NCBI GenBank assembly: GCA_028280265.1
Contig: JANQMD010000055.1
Coordinates: forward strand, 3,626-67,625
DNA: 64,000 bases
Source: Flavobacteriaceae bacterium
GTDB lineage: Bacteria; Bacteroidota; Bacteroidia; Flavobacteriales; Flavobacteriaceae
Direction of reading: 5' to 3'
In this document: positions 61,276 through 64,000 of the stretch, one piece after another
Position numbering within the stretch: the first letter of the stretch is position 1
How the letters are laid out: each line of letters opens with the position of its first letter
Notes under the pieces: generated by a model
Database searches by the model: none
What the model saw: only the letters and a program-made list of their open reading frames with translations
What the model was told of the DNA's origin: nothing
Position numbers and translations under genes: made by a program

Positions 61276-62481
61276 ATGATTAACTATATCAAATACATAT
61301 TACTTGCTTTAATCTTCATCAGTCTAACTAACTGTAAAAAAACAGATTGGAGAGAGAATTATAACGAAAAAAAGAAAACTCCCTTCGGTACTTATATTCT
61401 TTTTCAAGAATCAGAAAAACTGTTCGATTATTATTCTAACATATTAATTGACCAGAATATTTATGATTTTATCTCTGACGAAGAGAATGAAGCCTATGGT
61501 ACATTCAATTACATCTGTATAAAGAATTCAGCCTATAAAATTGATACAACAGGAATACAAAGAATTCTATCCAATGTTTATCAAGGTAGCACTGCTTTCT
61601 TTTCTCTTAATTACTATAGCTCAACATTAGAAGATGCACTGCAAATTAAGGTTCAGAATTTAGACTCTACCTCATACAAACCTTCTCAATTGAAGAAGTT
61701 ATTTGGTACTTTGCATTTGAACAACGACGATTTTTCTGATAAATCATATCATTTTGATAGAAACCTCAGGAGAAATTATTTTTCCAATTACAACAAGAAG
61801 AATACCATTGTTTTAGGTACACAAAAGATTAACAACAAAGAGCAACCTATCTTTTTAAAGATTTATCATGGGAAAGGTTCTATTTATGTTCATACGCAAC
61901 CAGTAGTTTTTTCTAATTACAATATGTTGAAAGGCAAGCATGAATATGCCACCAATGTTCTCTCATATTTACCAAGCGATGTGAACTATTGGGACCCTCA
62001 ATTGTATTGGCCAGGTTATAATAACCAAGAGAAAGAATCTTCTTCTATTTTAAGTTTTTTCTGGGAAAATGAATCTTTAAAATGGTTTTTAAACCTGTGC
62101 TTTATAGGATTGATACTTTTTATGATTTTCAATGTCAGAAGAAAACAAAGAGCCATTCCCGTTTTAGCAGAATCAAAAAATTCTACATTAGAATTTACCA
62201 AAACCATCTCAGCATTTTATCTAAAAAGCAACAACCATAAAGATTTGATTGATAAAAAAATTGCATTCTTTTTTAATAAGGTAAGATCTCAATATCGATT
62301 GGATACCCATAAAATTGATGGAAAATTTATTGAAAGACTGGCCCTCAAATCTGGAAATAATTTACAAAGCACAAAATATCTTGTGAATAGTATATTATCT
62401 ATTCAAAAGAAGTACGAATGTACCGAGGAAGATCTCATGGTACTTAATAAAATGATCAATAACTTTTTGAAACCAAAATAG
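61276..62481 (+). CDS. DUF4350-like lipoprotein with C-proximal TM segment
   Basis: Lipobox FISLTNC|KK, a ~250-aa extracytoplasmic domain, the TM segment WFLNLCFIGLILFMIF, and a cytoplasmic tail. Lies 6 nt after the previous gene. Confidence 0.5.
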   Translation: MINYIKYILLALIFISLTNCKKTDWRENYNEKKKTPFGTYILFQESEKLFDYYSNILIDQNIYDFISDEENEAYGTFNYICIKNSAYKIDTTGIQRILSNVYQGSTAFFSLNYYSSTLEDALQIKVQNLDSTSYKPSQLKKLFGTLHLNNDDFSDKSYHFDRNLRRNYFSNYNKKNTIVLGTQKINNKEQPIFLKIYHGKGSIYVHTQPVVFSNYNMLKGKHEYATNVLSYLPSDVNYWDPQLYWPGYNNQEKESSSILSFFWENESLKWFLNLCFIGLILFMIFNVRRKQRAIPVLAESKNSTLEFTKTISAFYLKSNNHKDLIDKKIAFFFNKVRSQYRLDTHKIDGKFIERLALKSGNNLQSTKYLVNSILSIQKKYECTEEDLMVLNKMINNFLKPK

Positions 62482-62482
62482 T

Positions 62483-63523
62483 ATGGAAGAATTAAATGAA
62501 AATATTCCACAAGACAAACAAGAAGAACAAATTACTGAAGAATCGGTAGAAAATCTTGAATTTGAAAGTAGAATTGACATGAGTGAGTTGCAAGAGACAA
62601 TTCACAAAATAAAAAAAGAGCTACAGAAAGTTTTAGTGGGTCAAAATGAAATGATTGATTTACTTATAGTCACACTTTTAGCCGATGGCCATGCTTTGAT
62701 TGAAGGAGTTCCTGGTGTTGCAAAAACAGTAACTGCCAAATTGCTCTCTAGAACCATGAAAGTAGCTTTTAGTAGGATTCAGTTTACTCCCGATTTAATG
62801 CCTTCAGATATTTTAGGAACTTCTGTGTTTAATGCCAAAAAATCTGACTTTGAATTTAAAAAAGGCCCTATTTTTTCTAACATGATTTTAATCGATGAAA
62901 TCAACCGTGCGCCGGCTAAAACACAGGCAGCTCTTTTTGAAGTAATGGAAGAGAAACAAGTGACTATTGACGGTGTTAGATATGAAATGGAACAACCTTT
63001 TTTAGTCGTAGCTACTCAGAACCCAATTGAACAAGAAGGGACTTATCGTTTACCTGAAGCACAGCTAGATCGTTTCCTATTTAAAATAAAAGTAAAATAT
63101 CCGGATGCTACTGAAGAGTTGGAAATTATTAAGAGAGAACATGAAGTTAAAAGCTCTGAGCAACTTGAAAAAGTGGAGGCCATCATCAATGGCAAGAAAA
63201 TAGCAGAATACAAAGCGCTTGTTCGAAATGTAAAAGTGGAAGAAAATCTACTGAAATACATCACAGATATTGTAGTAAATACCCGTACCAATTCTTTGCT
63301 GTATTTAGGTGCTTCGCCCAGAGCTAGTATTTCAATTTTAAATGCCTCTAAGGTATTTGCTGCTATTGAAGGTAGAGACTTTGTCACTCCAGAAGATGTT
63401 AAAAGAGCAGCCATTCCTGTATTGGAACATCGAGTAATCGTAACGCCAGAAAGGGAAATGGAGGGTTTGACTAGCGAAATAATTATCAAGCAAATCATAG
63501 AGGGGCAAGAAATTCCCAGATAA
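62483..63523 (+). CDS. MoxR-family AAA+ ATPase (AAA_3)
   Basis: LVGQNEMIDLLIVTLLADGHALIEGVPGVAKT (Walker A), ILIDEINRA (Walker B), ATQNPIEQEGTYRLPEAQLDRF. Lies 1 nt after the previous gene. Confidence 0.95.
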   Translation: MEELNENIPQDKQEEQITEESVENLEFESRIDMSELQETIHKIKKELQKVLVGQNEMIDLLIVTLLADGHALIEGVPGVAKTVTAKLLSRTMKVAFSRIQFTPDLMPSDILGTSVFNAKKSDFEFKKGPIFSNMILIDEINRAPAKTQAALFEVMEEKQVTIDGVRYEMEQPFLVVATQNPIEQEGTYRLPEAQLDRFLFKIKVKYPDATEELEIIKREHEVKSSEQLEKVEAIINGKKIAEYKALVRNVKVEENLLKYITDIVVNTRTNSLLYLGASPRASISILNASKVFAAIEGRDFVTPEDVKRAAIPVLEHRVIVTPEREMEGLTSEIIIKQIIEGQEIPR

Positions 63524-63548
63524 GTAAGGCTCTGTATCGTCTGTAGGT

Positions 63549-64000
63549 ATGAAAAATTTATTCAACTCTTTGCATTTAAATAACCGATTTTTTTACGGTT
63601 TAACTTTTGTTGCTCTTTGTTTTCTGATTGGTTTTTTTATACCCGTTATTTCGATCATTTCAAAATCTTTACTATTGCTACTCGTTCTATTAACTTTAGT
63701 AGATGTATTGGTATTGTTTTTTCAAAAAGAAGGTGTTACGCTAGAGCGTATTTTACCAGAAAAACTCTCGAATGGCGATAAAAATAATGTTCGTATTACA
63801 GTTACAAACCATTATAAATTTCCTCTGCATGTGTCACTTTTAGAGGAACTTCCTTTTCAATTTCAAAAAAGGATTTTCGATTTTAATTACCAAATAGCTT
63901 CTAAAGCTACTAAGGTTGTTGATTATGAACTAACACCTTATAAAAGAGGAGTGTATCATTTTGGACATGTAAATACTTTTATCAGCTCTCCATTACAATT
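63549..64000 (+). CDS. DUF58-family protein (5' part; continues beyond window end)
   Basis: Absent from the ORF track because it is open at the edge. My translation from ATG 63549 gives MKNLFNSLHLNNRFFYGLTFVALCFLIGFF...LERILPEKLSNGDKNNVRITVTNHYKFPLHV...YELTPYKRGVYHFGHV. It shows two N-terminal TM segments and then the typical DUF58 beta region. Confidence 0.75.
   Translation, partial: MKNLFNSLHLNNRFFYGLTFVALCFLIGFFIPVISIISKSLLLLLVLLTLVDVLVLFFQKEGVTLERILPEKLSNGDKNNVRITVTNHYKFPLHVSLLEELPFQFQKRIFDFNYQIASKATKVVDYELTPYKRGVYHFGHVNTFISSPLQ

Noticed and set aside
63043-63498. 151-aa minus-strand ORF, the longest shadow ORF in the window
   Set aside because: It is fully antisense to the MoxR ATPase CDS, which has intact Walker A and B motifs. 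The translation is Ser/Leu-rich without domain features.
62483-64000. Bat (Bacteroides aerotolerance) operon
   Set aside because: MoxR-DUF58 is common to Bat, but the upstream partners here (SpoIIM-like, DUF4129-like, DUF4350-like, RDD) are not Bat components. No VWA BatA/B is visible before the window ends, so this cannot be fully excluded without downstream sequence.
1-64000. Prophage, integrative element or genomic island
   Set aside because: I saw no integrase, transposase, recombinase, tRNA attachment site, phage structural genes or flanking long direct repeats. Gene content is overwhelmingly housekeeping.

Overview
Visibly AT-rich, densely coding chromosomal segment of about 57 protein genes, with one RNase P RNA and one cobalamin riboswitch. 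I found no rRNA, tRNA, CRISPR, transposase, integrase or prophage signal. It reads as core genome of a Flavobacteriia-type Bacteroidota organism. Supporting signs are TAnnTTTG -7 promoter boxes, TonB-dependent receptors (one with a CarboxypepD_reg N-domain), the DUF4290-murA and parE/parC arrangements, and Gln at +1 of every predicted SPase-I signal peptide.

Recognisable content, in order:
- partial aconitase, rnpB, dnaJ-grpE, an orphan flippase, murA, uvrD/pcrA, a secreted beta-helix protein and an ABC-2 exporter
- a B12 salvage locus: riboswitch-btuB, cobU-cobT-cobS-cobC and two BtuF-like binders
- a 7TMR-DISM/LuxR membrane regulator, parC/parE, lysA, topB, an M24B aminopeptidase, gcvT, ychF, a large TonB-dependent receptor, a ferredoxin and a LuxC-like reductase
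- serC-serA-DUF1015-yggS plus an exonuclease/GIY-YIG fusion
- a run of three exported thiol-protease-fold proteins
- a Kv-type K+ channel, miaA, an OmpH-like chaperone, then an RDD/SpoIIM/DUF4129/DUF4350/MoxR/DUF58 module that runs off the window end

Most interesting:
1. 50598-56117 is a terminator-bracketed two-gene exported protease module. Gene 1 is a papain-like C1 peptidase fused to DUF4384. Gene 2 is a 1343-aa protein with five ~198-aa lectin-like repeats in A-B-B-A-C order, an Ig-like domain and a C-terminal caspase (C14) domain.
2. 58728-64000 is the tightly coupled membrane/MoxR module of unknown function.
3. Residue-level oddities are MurA with Asp in place of the fosfomycin-target Cys, DnaJ retaining only two of four CxxCxGxG zinc motifs, and envelope genes nested inside the parE-parC operon.

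All calls rest on reading the sequence and the supplied translations. No searches or computations were run, and RNA and terminator ends are approximate.
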